Positions 27,898 through 38,528 are shown, counted from the stretch's first letter. The stretch is 64,000 bases of DNA from Candidatus Elusimicrobium euhamitermitis (GCA_031254225.1 JAIRUU010000113.1:546-64545), one strand, 5' to 3'. Made by a program: numbers and translations. Notes: a model not told the origin generated them from the letters alone.

Positions 27898-30504
27898 TTA
27901 TAAATCTTTGCCGCAGCATTTTTTGTATTTCTTTCCGCTGCCGCACGGGCACGGGTCATTGCGGCCTATTTTGCCTTTTACCGTCTCAACAGTGTTTTCC
28001 GATCCAGCGTTTTCATCCCCGCCCTGGTCTTTTACGCCGACGGGCGACACGCGCCTTTTCGGCGGCAGCTGCAGACGGAAAATGTACTCAACAAAAACGT
28101 CTCTTACCTTGTTAAGCATGTTCTGGTAAAGAGTATAAGACTCTTTCTGGTACTCAATGAGCGGGTCTTTCTGCGCGTAACCGCGCAGGCTGACGCTCTT
28201 TTGCATCTGGTCCAGCTCGTACAAATGCTGTTTCCACGCCTGGTCAATAATTTGCAGCATAAGCATTCTTTCAACTTCCGCGAAAATAATGCCCTGCTCG
28301 TTAAAATATTTTTCACGCTCGTCAAAAATCTTTTTAACTTTGTCAAAAGTCTGGCCCGCCGTATGTTCAAGGCCGCGCGCGTTCAGGTTTTCGGCGTTAA
28401 AATTTTCTTCCACGGTAAACACGCGTTTTAAGAAAATATTGAGCGTGTTAAAATCAGACTTGGAAGGATTTTTAGAGTCAAAATATTTGTGAAACGCGTC
28501 TTCCACAACTTCATGAATCATCGCCAAGGCCTGCGGGTTAACGCTTTCCCCGTCTAAAATAGCGTTGCGTAAATTATATATGGCGGTGCGCTGCAGGTTC
28601 ATGACTTTGTCATAATCAAGCAAATGTTTTCTTATGTCAAAGTTGTGTCCTTCAACCATACGCTGCGCGCCTTCAATTTGCCTGCTCATGAGGCGGGACT
28701 CTATTACGTCGCCCTCTTTCATGCCCATTTTTTCAAGTATGGAGCCTATGCGCTGCGTGTTGGCGAACAGGCGCATAAGTTCGTCGTCCAGAGAAATATA
28801 AAACCTGCTTGCGCCCGGGTCCCCCTGTCTGGCGCAGCGGCCGCGCAGCTGGTTGTCAATGCGTCTGCTTTCGTGGCGTTCGGTGCCCAGCACGTGCAGC
28901 CCGCCCTGCGCGACGACGGCCGCCTGCTCCTCTGCCGTTGCCGGATTGCCGCCGAGGACGATGTCCGTCCCGCGGCCTGCCATATTTGTGGCTATTGTTA
29001 CAGCGCCTTTTGCGCCCGCCTGGCTGATAATCTGCGCTTCCATTTCATGATATTTTGCGTTGAGCACTTTGTGCGGTATGCCTTTTGCGCGCAGCATGTT
29101 GGCCACTTTTTCGGATTTTTCTATGGAACGCGTGCCGACGAGGACCGGCGCGCCCTTTTTCCATAATCCTTCAATGTCCGCTACTATGGCGTTAAATTTT
29201 TCCCGCTCGGTTCTGTAAACCAAATCCGCGCCGTCCACGCGCTGCGACGGGCGGTTTGGCGGTATTTCCGTAACGTCAAGTTTATAAATCTGCCAAAATT
29301 CGCCCGCTTCCGTCATGGCCGTGCCGGTCATGCCGGAAAGTTTGGCGTAAAGCTTAAAGAAGTTTTGAAAAGTGATTGTGGCAAGCGTCTGATTTTCTTC
29401 TTTAATTTTAATTCTTTCTTTTGCTTCCACCGCCTGGTGCAGCCCGTCGGACCAGCGGCGGCCGGGCATGAGGCGGCCGGTAAATTCGTCAACAATAATA
29501 ACCTCGCCGTCTTTTACCACGTAATCAACGTCTTTTTCATACAGGTGGTGCGCGCGCAGCGCCTGGTTAATGTGGTGCACCCATTCGGACTCAACGTCGT
29601 TATAAAGGTTTGCCACGCCCAAAAATTTCTCGGCCTTTGCGACGCCTTCCTCGGTCAGCGTGGCGTTGTGGTTTTTTTCGTCAATAATAGCGTCGTAACC
29701 TTTTGCCAGATTTTCGCCGGAATATTTGGCTTTGATTTCTTCGTCTTCGGTAATTTTGCGTATTTTTAAATTAGGAATAATGCGGTTGACGATTTCATAT
29801 TTGTCCGTGCTCTGTTCGGCCGGGCCCGAGATGATGAGCGGCGTTCTTGCTTCGTCAATCAAAATGGAGTCAACTTCGTCCACAATGCAGTAGTTCAGTT
29901 TGCGCAGCACGCGGTCAGTGCGGTTGACGACCATGTTGTCGCGCAGATAATCAAAACCGAGCTCGTTGTTAGTTACGTAAGTTATGTCTTTTTTATACAT
30001 TTCCTGCCGGCCCGCGTTTTCCATTTCGCGGTTTATGAAGCCGACGGTAAGTCCCAGAAATTCATGTATGGGCCCCATCCAGTTTCTGTCGCGTTTGGCA
30101 AGGTAATCGTTGACGGTAACCACGTGCACGCCTTTACCTGTAAGCGCGTTTAAATAAGACGGCAGAGTGGCCACTAAAGTTTTTCCCTCGCCCGTTCTCA
30201 TTTCCGCAATTTTGCCCTGGTGCAGCACTATGCCGCCCAGCAGCTGCACGTCGTAGTGGCGCAGGCCTATGACGCGCTTTGCGGCCTCCCGCACGACGGC
30301 AAAAGCTTCGGGCAGAATATCGTCCGGCGTTTTGCCCGCGGCAAGCAGTTCTTTAAAATATACTGTTTTATTTTTCAGCTCTTCGTCTGATAATTTGGAA
30401 ATTTCAGGTTCGTGGGAGTTTATTTTGGTTATGACGGGCGCCAGTTTTTTCAAATCCCGCTGGCTTTTGGTGCCGAAAATTTTTTCAATAATGCCGGTAA
30501 TCAT
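27898..30504 (-). CDS. secA: Preprotein translocase SecA
   Basis: MRTGEGKT, DEVDSILIDEARTPL, RQGDPG, C-terminal CPCGSGKKYKKCC. Confidence 0.98.
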   Translation of the reverse strand: MITGIIEKIFGTKSQRDLKKLAPVITKINSHEPEISKLSDEELKNKTVYFKELLAAGKTPDDILPEAFAVVREAAKRVIGLRHYDVQLLGGIVLHQGKIAEMRTGEGKTLVATLPSYLNALTGKGVHVVTVNDYLAKRDRNWMGPIHEFLGLTVGFINREMENAGRQEMYKKDITYVTNNELGFDYLRDNMVVNRTDRVLRKLNYCIVDEVDSILIDEARTPLIISGPAEQSTDKYEIVNRIIPNLKIRKITEDEEIKAKYSGENLAKGYDAIIDEKNHNATLTEEGVAKAEKFLGVANLYNDVESEWVHHINQALRAHHLYEKDVDYVVKDGEVIIVDEFTGRLMPGRRWSDGLHQAVEAKERIKIKEENQTLATITFQNFFKLYAKLSGMTGTAMTEAGEFWQIYKLDVTEIPPNRPSQRVDGADLVYRTEREKFNAIVADIEGLWKKGAPVLVGTRSIEKSEKVANMLRAKGIPHKVLNAKYHEMEAQIISQAGAKGAVTIATNMAGRGTDIVLGGNPATAEEQAAVVAQGGLHVLGTERHESRRIDNQLRGRCARQGDPGASRFYISLDDELMRLFANTQRIGSILEKMGMKEGDVIESRLMSRQIEGAQRMVEGHNFDIRKHLLDYDKVMNLQRTAIYNLRNAILDGESVNPQALAMIHEVVEDAFHKYFDSKNPSKSDFNTLNIFLKRVFTVEENFNAENLNARGLEHTAGQTFDKVKKIFDEREKYFNEQGIIFAEVERMLMLQIIDQAWKQHLYELDQMQKSVSLRGYAQKDPLIEYQKESYTLYQNMLNKVRDVFVEYIFRLQLPPKRRVSPVGVKDQGGDENAGSENTVETVKGKIGRNDPCPCGSGKKYKKCCGKDL

Positions 30505-30557
30505 TTTTTAAATAGTCCTTAAATTGATATTGTTCGCGCGCGTATATATATTATAGC

Positions 30558-31421
30558 TTATTTGGGAATTAAGACTTTCAGCACGGCCGGCAGGATTTTT
30601 ATTTGCAAATCTTCGCCGTTCGTTTGTTTAGGCTCGCCGTCAATGTGGTAAAATACAGGGCCGTCGGTAATCACGCGCGCTTCTTTAACTTTAGCGACCG
30701 ACGTGGGGTCAAACGGGCGGAAGTCGGAATTAAAAAACGCCGGCAGCGCAAAAACCAGGCGTATTAAACTTTTGTTTAAAACCTGCACCATGTCCAAAAG
30801 CCCGTCGGTAAGGCTTGCTTTGGGCGCTATTTTGAAATTTGTCCCGTACTGGCTGCCGTTGGCAAAAACGAGAGTCAGCGGCGCGGCTTCCGTTTCAGCG
30901 CCGCCCGTAATAATTTTTATTTTGCGCGGTTTATAAGATAGAATTGTTTTCAGCCCGAGCCAAAAATAAGGCAGCCGCCCGCGCGTGCCGTGAGCTGCAA
31001 AAGCGTGCGCTATTTCAGCTTCTATCCCTATGCCAGCGACATTTATAAAAAGCTCGTCGTTAACTTGGCCCGCGTCGCAGTTTATTGCGGCGGAGTTTTG
31101 CAGTTGTTTAAGCGCGGTCTCGTTATCAAGCGACATGCCCAGTTCCCGCGCAAACCCGTTGCCTGACCCGCGCGGTATTACGCCAAGCGCGGTTTTTGTA
31201 TGAACAAGCCCGCGCGCGGCCTCGTTGATGGTGCCGTCCCCGCCGCAGACTATTACTTTTTGGTAATTTTTTTGCGCGGCCGCCGCGGCTAATTCCCGCG
31301 CGTGGCCGGCGCGCTCCGTAAAAATAATTTCAGCCTGCGGGAAATATTTTTTTATGAGCAAAGGCAAATCCGCCGCGTCTTTTTTTGCGCCGCTTTTAGG
31401 ATTAACTATAAAGAGGGTCAT
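30558..31421 (-). CDS. Diacylglycerol/lipid kinase family protein
   Basis: NPKSG, GGDGTINE, PRGSGNGFA, HIDGE. Confidence 0.88.
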   Translation of the reverse strand: MTLFIVNPKSGAKKDAADLPLLIKKYFPQAEIIFTERAGHARELAAAAAQKNYQKVIVCGGDGTINEAARGLVHTKTALGVIPRGSGNGFARELGMSLDNETALKQLQNSAAINCDAGQVNDELFINVAGIGIEAEIAHAFAAHGTRGRLPYFWLGLKTILSYKPRKIKIITGGAETEAAPLTLVFANGSQYGTNFKIAPKASLTDGLLDMVQVLNKSLIRLVFALPAFFNSDFRPFDPTSVAKVKEARVITDGPVFYHIDGEPKQTNGEDLQIKILPAVLKVLIPK

Positions 31422-31750
31422 AATTTTTTAATATCGTCAAAAGTCGCCTTTTTTAAAGCTTTGGCAAAAGTGTCGGCCTTAATTAAATTGGTGCCTGCGG
31501 ATATAACTCTGCCGCCCACGGCGACTATAAAAAACATAAACAGCCCGTGCAGCACAAGGTTTAACGTGTTTGCCATAACGCTCGTGTCTACTTCCATCGG
31601 CCCCTGCTGCGTGTTAACCATCATTTTACCCGCGGTCAAAAGCTGGACCGGGGCCTGTTTATCAATAAAAACTTTGAACATCGCCATAGTCGCAAAAAAT
31701 ATCAGCGCCAGACCCATGCACAAAAGAAAATAGCCTATTATTTTATTCAT
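31418..31750 (-). CDS. Small hypothetical membrane protein
   Basis: Two hydrophobic helices, GAGGTG RBS, overlaps next start. Confidence 0.65.
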   Translation of the reverse strand: MNKIIGYFLLCMGLALIFFATMAMFKVFIDKQAPVQLLTAGKMMVNTQQGPMEVDTSVMANTLNLVLHGLFMFFIVAVGGRVISAGTNLIKADTFAKALKKATFDDIKKL

Positions 31751-31806
31751 AAAGTCACCTCTTGAGTAAATTTTAGCATAAATACATTTTTGCTATACTA
31801 TATAGT

Positions 31807-34419
31807 ATGAAAGGCAGAGAAATAAGGCAGAGTTATCTGGATTTTTTTAAGTCAACCGGCGCGGAGGTCGTGGCGTCAAGCCCGCTCATACCGCCGGCGG
31901 ACCCTACTTTGCTTTTCACTTCAGCCGGCATGGTGCAGTTTAAGGCTAATTTTCTGGGGCTTGATAAAAGTTTAAAGCGCGCGGTAAGCTGCCAGAAATG
32001 CGTGCGCACCACTGATATTGACAGCGTGGGTTTTACAAACCGCCACCTTACTTTTTTTGAAATGCTGGGCAACTTTTCTTTCGGCGATTATTTTAAGGAA
32101 GAAGCAATTGGCTGGGCCTGGGAATATTTGACGAAAGTTTTAAAAATACCGCCGGAAAAACTTTACGTCAGCATTTACAAAGGCGGCATAGCGCCGCGCG
32201 ACGAGGAAGCTTTTACGCTTTGGCAGAAACACGTGAGCAAAGAGCGTATTTTTGAACTCGGCGAAAAGGATAATTTTTGGACCATGGGCCCGACGGGCCC
32301 TTGCGGCCCGTGCTCGGAAATATATTTTGATTTCGGCTTCAAAGGCTGCAAAAACCCGAAATGCGACATTACCTGCGACTGCGGGCGTTTTGTGGAAATC
32401 TGGAATATTGTTTTTACGCAGTTTGACAGAAAAGAGGACGGCGCGATAATCCCGCTGTCCCAGAAAAATATTGATACGGGCATGGGCCTTGAACGCCTGG
32501 CCATGGCTATGCAAAACGCGGGCAGCCCTTTTGAAACGGATTTATTTTTGCCTTTAATTAAGGAAGCTGAAAAAATTACCGGCGCGGCGGGCAATACTAA
32601 AGAAGAAATTTCAACGCTGCGTATTATAGCGGACCATGCGCGCAGCTCGTCTTTTTTAATAGCGGAAGGCGTTTTGCCGTCTAACGAAGGCCGCGGCTAC
32701 ATATTGCGCCGCTTAATACGCCGCGCGCTGCGCTACGGAAAAATGGCCGGCGTCAAACATTCGTTTTTATATAAACTTGCGGCGGCGGTTGACAAAGAGT
32801 TCGGCGGCGTTTACCCCGAAATAAGAAAAAATAAAGATTATATTGCCTCCGTCATAAAAACCGAAGAAGAAGCGTTTTCAAAAACTCTGGAAAACGGCGA
32901 AGAAAAACTGCGGGAAATTTTAAAACGCTCTAAAAAACAAATACGCGGGGAAGACGCTTTTTATTTATATGAAACTTACGGTTTTCCCGTTGAGCTTACC
33001 AAAGAAATAGCGCTTGCAAAGGGCATAGGCCTGGACGAAGAAAATTTTAAAAAAGAAAAAAATGCGGCGCGCGAAAAAAGCCGCTCTTACGCGGACGAAT
33101 TTGTAAAAGAAAAAACCGTGCTTCTGCAAAAACTGGAAAACAGCCTGCAAAGCAAGTTTGTGGGTTATGAAACTTTGTCGTCGGAATCAACCGTAACCGC
33201 GCTGATTAATGAAAAATTTGAAATTGTAAAAGAACTTTCCGGCAAAGGTTACGCCGCGCTGGACGTTACGCCTTTTTACGCAACCGGCGGCGGACAGGCG
33301 GGCGATATCGGCGCGTTTGACTGGACAGGCGGCCGCGCGGTTGTTACGACGGCGGAAAAACCCGTGGGCGATTTAATTTTACATACGGTTGAAGTTGCCG
33401 GCGTCTTAAAACAGGGGCAGAAAGTTACTGCGGCGGTTGACGTAATAAACCGCAAAAAGACCGCGGCCAACCACACCGCCGTGCATTTAATAAATGAGGC
33501 CCTGCGTCAGGTTATCGGTAAAGGCGTGCACCAGGCAGGTTCTTATGTGTCTGCCGAAAATTTCAGGTTTGATTATACCACTCCGTCCGCGCCAACAGCT
33601 GAACAATTAACAAGAGTTTTTGAAATTGCAAACAGCGCGGTGCGGGCCGCGCACGCGGTAACGTGCGAAGTGCGGCCGCTGGCCGACGCGCAGAAATTCG
33701 GCGCGGTAACTTTGGTGGGCGAACAATACGCGGACCCGGCGCGCTACGTTATGGCGGGCGGCGGTTTTGACGCGCCTGATTTAAAATACAGTCTTGAGCT
33801 TTGCGGCGGCACGCATGTGGGCAACACGTCTGAAATTATCACTATTCTGCCGCTTAAAGAAAGCGCGCTTTCCGCCGGAGTGCGGCGCATTGAGGGCGTG
33901 GCGGGTCCGGCGGCCGTGGATTATTTGAAAAATTCAAACGCGGTTTTGGACGGTATTGCAAAAACTTTCTCCGTGCCAGCCGCGGAAGCGCCGGCGAGGA
34001 TTAACGCGGCTCTGGCGGAACTTAAAGAAGCCAAAAAAGAGATTGCCTCTCTGCGCCAAAAACTTTTAACCGGCGGCACAACGGCAAAAGCTGAAGAAAG
34101 CATTGTTGCCGGCGGAGCAGTTTTGGTTACATATCGCGCCGAAGACGCCGACCCCAAAGAACTGCGCGCGCTGGCGGACAATATCGCGCAAAAATATAAA
34201 AACGCGCTTGTGCTGGTGTCCGTTGATAAAGACGGCAAACGCTCTTTTGTCGTTAAAAAAACTTCCGACAACACTTCATGCGACGCCTGTAAGCTGGCTA
34301 AATGTCTGGCGGAAAAAACGGGCGGACGCGCCGGCGGAAAAGCGGATTTCGCGCAGGGCGGCTGCGATATTTTGGACTGGGAAGATTTTGTGAAGAACGC
34401 GAAAGACGTATTGAAATAA
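31807..34419 (+). CDS. alaS: Alanine--tRNA ligase
   Basis: DPTLLFTSAGMVQFK, IDTGMGLER, NHTAVH, ELCGGTHV, GGKADFAQGG. Confidence 0.98.
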   Translation: MKGREIRQSYLDFFKSTGAEVVASSPLIPPADPTLLFTSAGMVQFKANFLGLDKSLKRAVSCQKCVRTTDIDSVGFTNRHLTFFEMLGNFSFGDYFKEEAIGWAWEYLTKVLKIPPEKLYVSIYKGGIAPRDEEAFTLWQKHVSKERIFELGEKDNFWTMGPTGPCGPCSEIYFDFGFKGCKNPKCDITCDCGRFVEIWNIVFTQFDRKEDGAIIPLSQKNIDTGMGLERLAMAMQNAGSPFETDLFLPLIKEAEKITGAAGNTKEEISTLRIIADHARSSSFLIAEGVLPSNEGRGYILRRLIRRALRYGKMAGVKHSFLYKLAAAVDKEFGGVYPEIRKNKDYIASVIKTEEEAFSKTLENGEEKLREILKRSKKQIRGEDAFYLYETYGFPVELTKEIALAKGIGLDEENFKKEKNAAREKSRSYADEFVKEKTVLLQKLENSLQSKFVGYETLSSESTVTALINEKFEIVKELSGKGYAALDVTPFYATGGGQAGDIGAFDWTGGRAVVTTAEKPVGDLILHTVEVAGVLKQGQKVTAAVDVINRKKTAANHTAVHLINEALRQVIGKGVHQAGSYVSAENFRFDYTTPSAPTAEQLTRVFEIANSAVRAAHAVTCEVRPLADAQKFGAVTLVGEQYADPARYVMAGGGFDAPDLKYSLELCGGTHVGNTSEIITILPLKESALSAGVRRIEGVAGPAAVDYLKNSNAVLDGIAKTFSVPAAEAPARINAALAELKEAKKEIASLRQKLLTGGTTAKAEESIVAGGAVLVTYRAEDADPKELRALADNIAQKYKNALVLVSVDKDGKRSFVVKKTSDNTSCDACKLAKCLAEKTGGRAGGKADFAQGGCDILDWEDFVKNAKDVLK

Positions 34420-34444
34420 AACACTTATGGTTCTAATACGGTGT

Positions 34445-34469
34445 CCGTCTTCGCTTCGCCGCGACGCGG
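34445..34469 (+). repeat. Short REP-like element
   Basis: CCGTCTTCGCTTCGCCGCGACGCGG, matches 25061-25085. Confidence 0.7.
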
Positions 34470-34538
34470 CCGTAATTTAAAAAATAAAAAAACCGCGCAA
34501 AAATTTTTGCGCGGTTTTTTTATTTTTTAAATTACGGC
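34469..34538. terminator. 70-bp perfect palindrome / bidirectional terminator
   Basis: GCCGTAATTT-A6-T-A7-CCGCGC-A5|T5-GCGCGG-T7-A-T6-AAATTACGGC between convergent genes. Confidence 0.8.
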
Positions 34539-36121
34539 TTTGGCACCATGGGCGGTCTGGAGGGTTTTTTCTCCGTGGGTTTAATTTCCACTTCGCCGAC
34601 GATGACGGACGGCGTTACTATTGAGTACGGCGGCATATAATCCGGCGCGATGTTATAGGCTTTGATATCGTCTCCGGCGAAAATAATGTCGCGCAGGGAG
34701 CGGGTGTTGGTATAAGTCTCCATGCCGTAAACCGGCTCTTCCCTGCCGTCTTTTGTGTAAATTTTATAGCCGTTAAATTTATTGTCGCCGTAATTATTAA
34801 TTTTTATGCAATACTCAAGGTCAAGTTTTTTACACTCGTCCATGAGCGCTTTTTTCATGTCCGGCGCGGTCTGCAAAGGCTCAAAAAATAAATTGCCTGG
34901 GTTTTCTCTCGGCACAAAAAACACGCTGCCGCGGCCGTGCCCGTTGGAATATTTTTGGCCTTTTACAAGGCTCCTCATTGTCAGCAGGCCGATAAGTTTG
35001 CCGCGCGCGGCAAGGTTTACGGCTTTGCCACGCACGCCTTCGTCGTCCACGCGGTAAAAACCGGCAAGCGTTTTGCCTTTAAATTCTTTTACGGACGGGT
35101 CGTCATAAACGTTAAAAATATTGCTTATCACGCGCAGCCCGAGCAATTTTGTCAGGTATCCCGCGCCGTTGTCCGCGTTATCGTTATCCTGCCAGAACGG
35201 TCTTGTGTTTTTAATTTTATTCGCGAACAAATCGTCAAAAAAGTAAGCCGCGTTGCTGCCCTCAAGCCAGACGGGGCCTATATAACTTTCCGCTTTTTTT
35301 GCGTCATAAAACGCGGCGGCTTTGGCCGCAAAATCTTTAGTTTTTTGTATAAGTTCGTTTGAAGGCGGAATATCTTTTACCGCGGCGTAGACGGAGCTTG
35401 AATTTTCTTCAATGTCAAAACCGTCCCGCGTTTGCAGCGTTGTTGTCATAATGATTTCTATTTTAACGGGATTTTGATAATAACTGCTGCCCGCGGAGTC
35501 AACGTAATATTTCTGCCTGTTGAGATAGTTTATGGTTACTACAAGTTTTTTAAGCCGCCCGAAATCTTTGCCCGCGGCGGACATTTGTTTTGCCACTTCC
35601 TCAAAATAACCGCGGTCAAAAATTTCATTATTTTTTTCTTCCCGCAAATTTACGACGGGCGCGGAGGAAAAATCAGGCAGCATATCCGTAATATTTCTCT
35701 GCTGCTTAAAAGCTTTTTTCTTGGACAAATTTTCCAGCGCGTCCAGGTAAGCCGCGTCTGATATAAGCCACAGAGAGGAACGTATGCTTAAATACCCGTC
35801 CCCCGCCAGCGCCGCAGCGGGGCGCGGGCTGCCGAAACTTGTATTATCAAACTGCGGCGCGCCAACGCGCATGTTGACGTAAACTTTTTTGGCGGAAGTT
35901 TCGTCGTTTGACACAAGCGCGCCGAGAGAGGCCAGAACAGTTGCCTGCCTGTCGTCCTCCAGCGTATAAGTGATGAAATAAGGTTTTGCAAAACCCGTCA
36001 TTTGCAGTTTTTGAATATTGCGCGCCATTTCGTCTTTCATGGCTTTAAACGCGGTGTCTTGGTCAAGCGCAAAAATATTTAACGGTAATGACAGCAGGAG
36101 GATATAGATAATTTTTTTCAT
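34532..36121 (-). CDS. TldE/PmbA-like protein with signal peptide
   Basis: MKKIIYILLLSLPLNIFA leader; YIGPV, YRVDDEGV, SNGHGR motifs; no HExxxH; start ATG 36121. Confidence 0.8.
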   Translation of the reverse strand: MKKIIYILLLSLPLNIFALDQDTAFKAMKDEMARNIQKLQMTGFAKPYFITYTLEDDRQATVLASLGALVSNDETSAKKVYVNMRVGAPQFDNTSFGSPRPAAALAGDGYLSIRSSLWLISDAAYLDALENLSKKKAFKQQRNITDMLPDFSSAPVVNLREEKNNEIFDRGYFEEVAKQMSAAGKDFGRLKKLVVTINYLNRQKYYVDSAGSSYYQNPVKIEIIMTTTLQTRDGFDIEENSSSVYAAVKDIPPSNELIQKTKDFAAKAAAFYDAKKAESYIGPVWLEGSNAAYFFDDLFANKIKNTRPFWQDNDNADNGAGYLTKLLGLRVISNIFNVYDDPSVKEFKGKTLAGFYRVDDEGVRGKAVNLAARGKLIGLLTMRSLVKGQKYSNGHGRGSVFFVPRENPGNLFFEPLQTAPDMKKALMDECKKLDLEYCIKINNYGDNKFNGYKIYTKDGREEPVYGMETYTNTRSLRDIIFAGDDIKAYNIAPDYMPPYSIVTPSVIVGEVEIKPTEKKPSRPPMVPKP

Positions 36122-36122
36122 A

Positions 36123-37790
36123 TTATTTGCCTCCCGCGGGATTAGGCAGTATGGGCAGCCGCTGCGCTGTTTTTTGCACCTTTTCAACTTCCAGTTCGGA
36201 CAGCAAGACACTGGGGGAAATTGCGGACACGGGCACCCAGCCTGACTCCGCCCCGCAGGTGCCGTTGAACACGGCAGGATCGTCCGCCGCGGCCGTGACT
36301 TTTCCAAAACTCGCCAGCGGCGTGCCCACGATGTCAACTCCGCGCACAATTTCGTCCGGCCGGCCGTCGGCGTACACGCGGTAAACAAGCAGCGGTTTTA
36401 CCTTAAAACTCTGCGGATTGCTGCGGTCTATCATTGTAAACCCGCCGGAAATATCGTCAATAATCAGGCCGTAGGGTTTTTTCTGTTTTTTAATTTCGTC
36501 TTTCAGCATTAATTTTAATTTTTCAAAACTGACCGGATTTTGCGCGCTTACTATTGTGTTGCCCATGCGCGAGACCGTGCGGGAGCCCAGATCCTTGCGG
36601 CCATGGCCGTTGGAGTACGGGAAATTCTTTATCGGGCTTCTGCCCATCAGAAAATTTTTCAAAACGCCGTTTTGTATGATGTTTACGTTTTCTGATTTTA
36701 CGCCGTCGTCGTCATATTGATAATACCCGCGCAGCGGCACGCCGTTGAAGCGCGAAAGCGTAGGATTATCCTGCACGGTCAGAATGGGCGACACTACGAC
36801 CTGCCCGACTTTCTGCGTAAACGTCTGGCCGAAACTTTCGCTTTTCTGCCTGTGCCCTTCCACGCGGTGCCCCAAAATTTCATGGAAAAACACGCCGCTG
36901 GCGCGGTTTTTTAAAATTACCGGGCCGGTAAAAGGCTCAACCGCGGGCGCGTCTCTTAAAATTTTCAGCGTTTCCAAATCTTTTTTGATTTGGGCTTTAA
37001 CGGCCTCTTCAGCCGGCAGGTCAGAAACGTCAAACCCGTCGTAGGAATTAGTGCGCTCCAGCGTCATGCCGTCTTCATTGCGCGTTGTTATCGTGTAAGA
37101 CAGCCGCACCAGCGCGCCGCCTTCCACGACGTTTGAGCCTTCGCTGGTTACTATATATCTGTTATTCGTGTCCGCGCTGAAAACAAAGCGGCTTTCCAGC
37201 ACAAAAGGATAATCTTTCACAAGCGCGGAATATTGCCTGAGCTGCGCCTGCATGTTTGCGGTATCAATTTCCCGCGGTTTGACGGGGGAGTAAAAAGAAA
37301 CGGGTTTTACGGGCGCGGAAAAATCGTCCGATTTATCCGCGTTGTCCGCTTTTACCGCGGAGTTGGTTTTCACTTTTAAAAACTGGTCCTGCGCTTTTTT
37401 TGCTTCGTCCTGCGTAACTCGCCAGAATACGTTTTTTAAAGCCGCGGTATTGTCTTCCAGCGGTATATTATAGGTGGCAAGCGTTAAAGTATCTTCATTG
37501 CTGTCTTTAAATTCATGGGTGTTGTCCAGTTTGCGGCTGCCGGCGCGCGCGTCAACGTTCAATTTGCGGGTGCGGGAAAAATCATTAAATATAATATCGC
37601 CCAGCGTCGCGGCTATATAATAGGAGGTGCCGTCAACAACGTAATAGGACATATAATAAACCGGCGGGTCCTGCTGCTTTAAAATATTGAAATTACGGTT
37701 AAGTTCGCTCTGCATTGTGTCAAGCAAAACGTCTTTACCGAACGCGCAGGCGCAGACCGGCAGCAACAGTAAAAACAGCAGTTTCTTCAT
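36123..37790 (-). CDS. TldD-like metalloprotease with signal peptide
   Basis: MKKLLFLLLLPVCACAFG leader; FFHEILGHRVEG, YDDDGV, SNGHGR, SRMGN, CGAESGWVPVS; start ATG 37790. Confidence 0.85.
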   Translation of the reverse strand: MKKLLFLLLLPVCACAFGKDVLLDTMQSELNRNFNILKQQDPPVYYMSYYVVDGTSYYIAATLGDIIFNDFSRTRKLNVDARAGSRKLDNTHEFKDSNEDTLTLATYNIPLEDNTAALKNVFWRVTQDEAKKAQDQFLKVKTNSAVKADNADKSDDFSAPVKPVSFYSPVKPREIDTANMQAQLRQYSALVKDYPFVLESRFVFSADTNNRYIVTSEGSNVVEGGALVRLSYTITTRNEDGMTLERTNSYDGFDVSDLPAEEAVKAQIKKDLETLKILRDAPAVEPFTGPVILKNRASGVFFHEILGHRVEGHRQKSESFGQTFTQKVGQVVVSPILTVQDNPTLSRFNGVPLRGYYQYDDDGVKSENVNIIQNGVLKNFLMGRSPIKNFPYSNGHGRKDLGSRTVSRMGNTIVSAQNPVSFEKLKLMLKDEIKKQKKPYGLIIDDISGGFTMIDRSNPQSFKVKPLLVYRVYADGRPDEIVRGVDIVGTPLASFGKVTAAADDPAVFNGTCGAESGWVPVSAISPSVLLSELEVEKVQKTAQRLPILPNPAGGK

Positions 37791-37887
37791 TTGTATTCCC
37801 CCAAAAATGTCTCTATTTAGTATATAATAAAAGAGAGTAAAGGTAAAAATTAAAAGCGGGCATCGGGTCCGCAAAAGGAGACAGCTT

Positions 37888-38517
37888 ATGGCTTTCAGTT
37901 TCATGCCAAAAACGACGGAGTTTTTTGATTTGTTTAACGAACAGGCCGCGAACTTAGTACAGGGTTCACGGTTTTTTTCTGAAATAGTAAAAGGGAATAA
38001 GTTTGAGGACTCTTTTGCCCAGGAAATGCACGCCCTTGAACACAAAGGCGACGATATTAACCACAGAATAGTACAGCTTTTAAACGAAACCCTCGTCACT
38101 CCTTTTGACAGGGAAGACGTTATGGCGCTTGCCGGCAACATGGACAATGTTATTGACGGCATGTACATGATAACAAAACGCCTGACAATATATAAAATTA
38201 AACAATCCACCGAAGAACTTATAGCGTACGCGGAACTTCTGGAAAGGTGCACGGTAGTGCTGGAAAAAGCTGTAACGTCTTTAAAACATTCAGACAAAAA
38301 AATGAAGGATATTTTAAAATACTGCGTGGAAATCAACCGTCTGGAAAACGAAGGCGACGCGCTGCGCGACAATGCCATTACCCGCCTTTTTGAAGACGCC
38401 AAAGACCCTCTTCTTATAATTAAGTGGAAAGAAATTTATGAAGCGGCGGAAACTGTTACCGACATGTGCGAACACGTGGCTAACACCATTGAAGCTATTT
38501 TAGTTAAGAATAACTAA
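37888..38517 (+). CDS. DUF47 phosphate transport regulator
   Basis: LEHKGD, TPFDRED, LENEGD, KWKEIYE; upstream of pit. Confidence 0.9.
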   Translation: MAFSFMPKTTEFFDLFNEQAANLVQGSRFFSEIVKGNKFEDSFAQEMHALEHKGDDINHRIVQLLNETLVTPFDREDVMALAGNMDNVIDGMYMITKRLTIYKIKQSTEELIAYAELLERCTVVLEKAVTSLKHSDKKMKDILKYCVEINRLENEGDALRDNAITRLFEDAKDPLLIIKWKEIYEAAETVTDMCEHVANTIEAILVKNN

Positions 38518-38528
38518 GGCGGTGCAAC

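Noticed and set aside
37791-38402. Long N-terminal extension of the TldD ORF (likewise extensions of cysK, lysC, hemW, phoH and the TldE-like gene)
   Set aside because: Extensions overlap real genes or repeats; internal ATGs match family starts and signal peptides.
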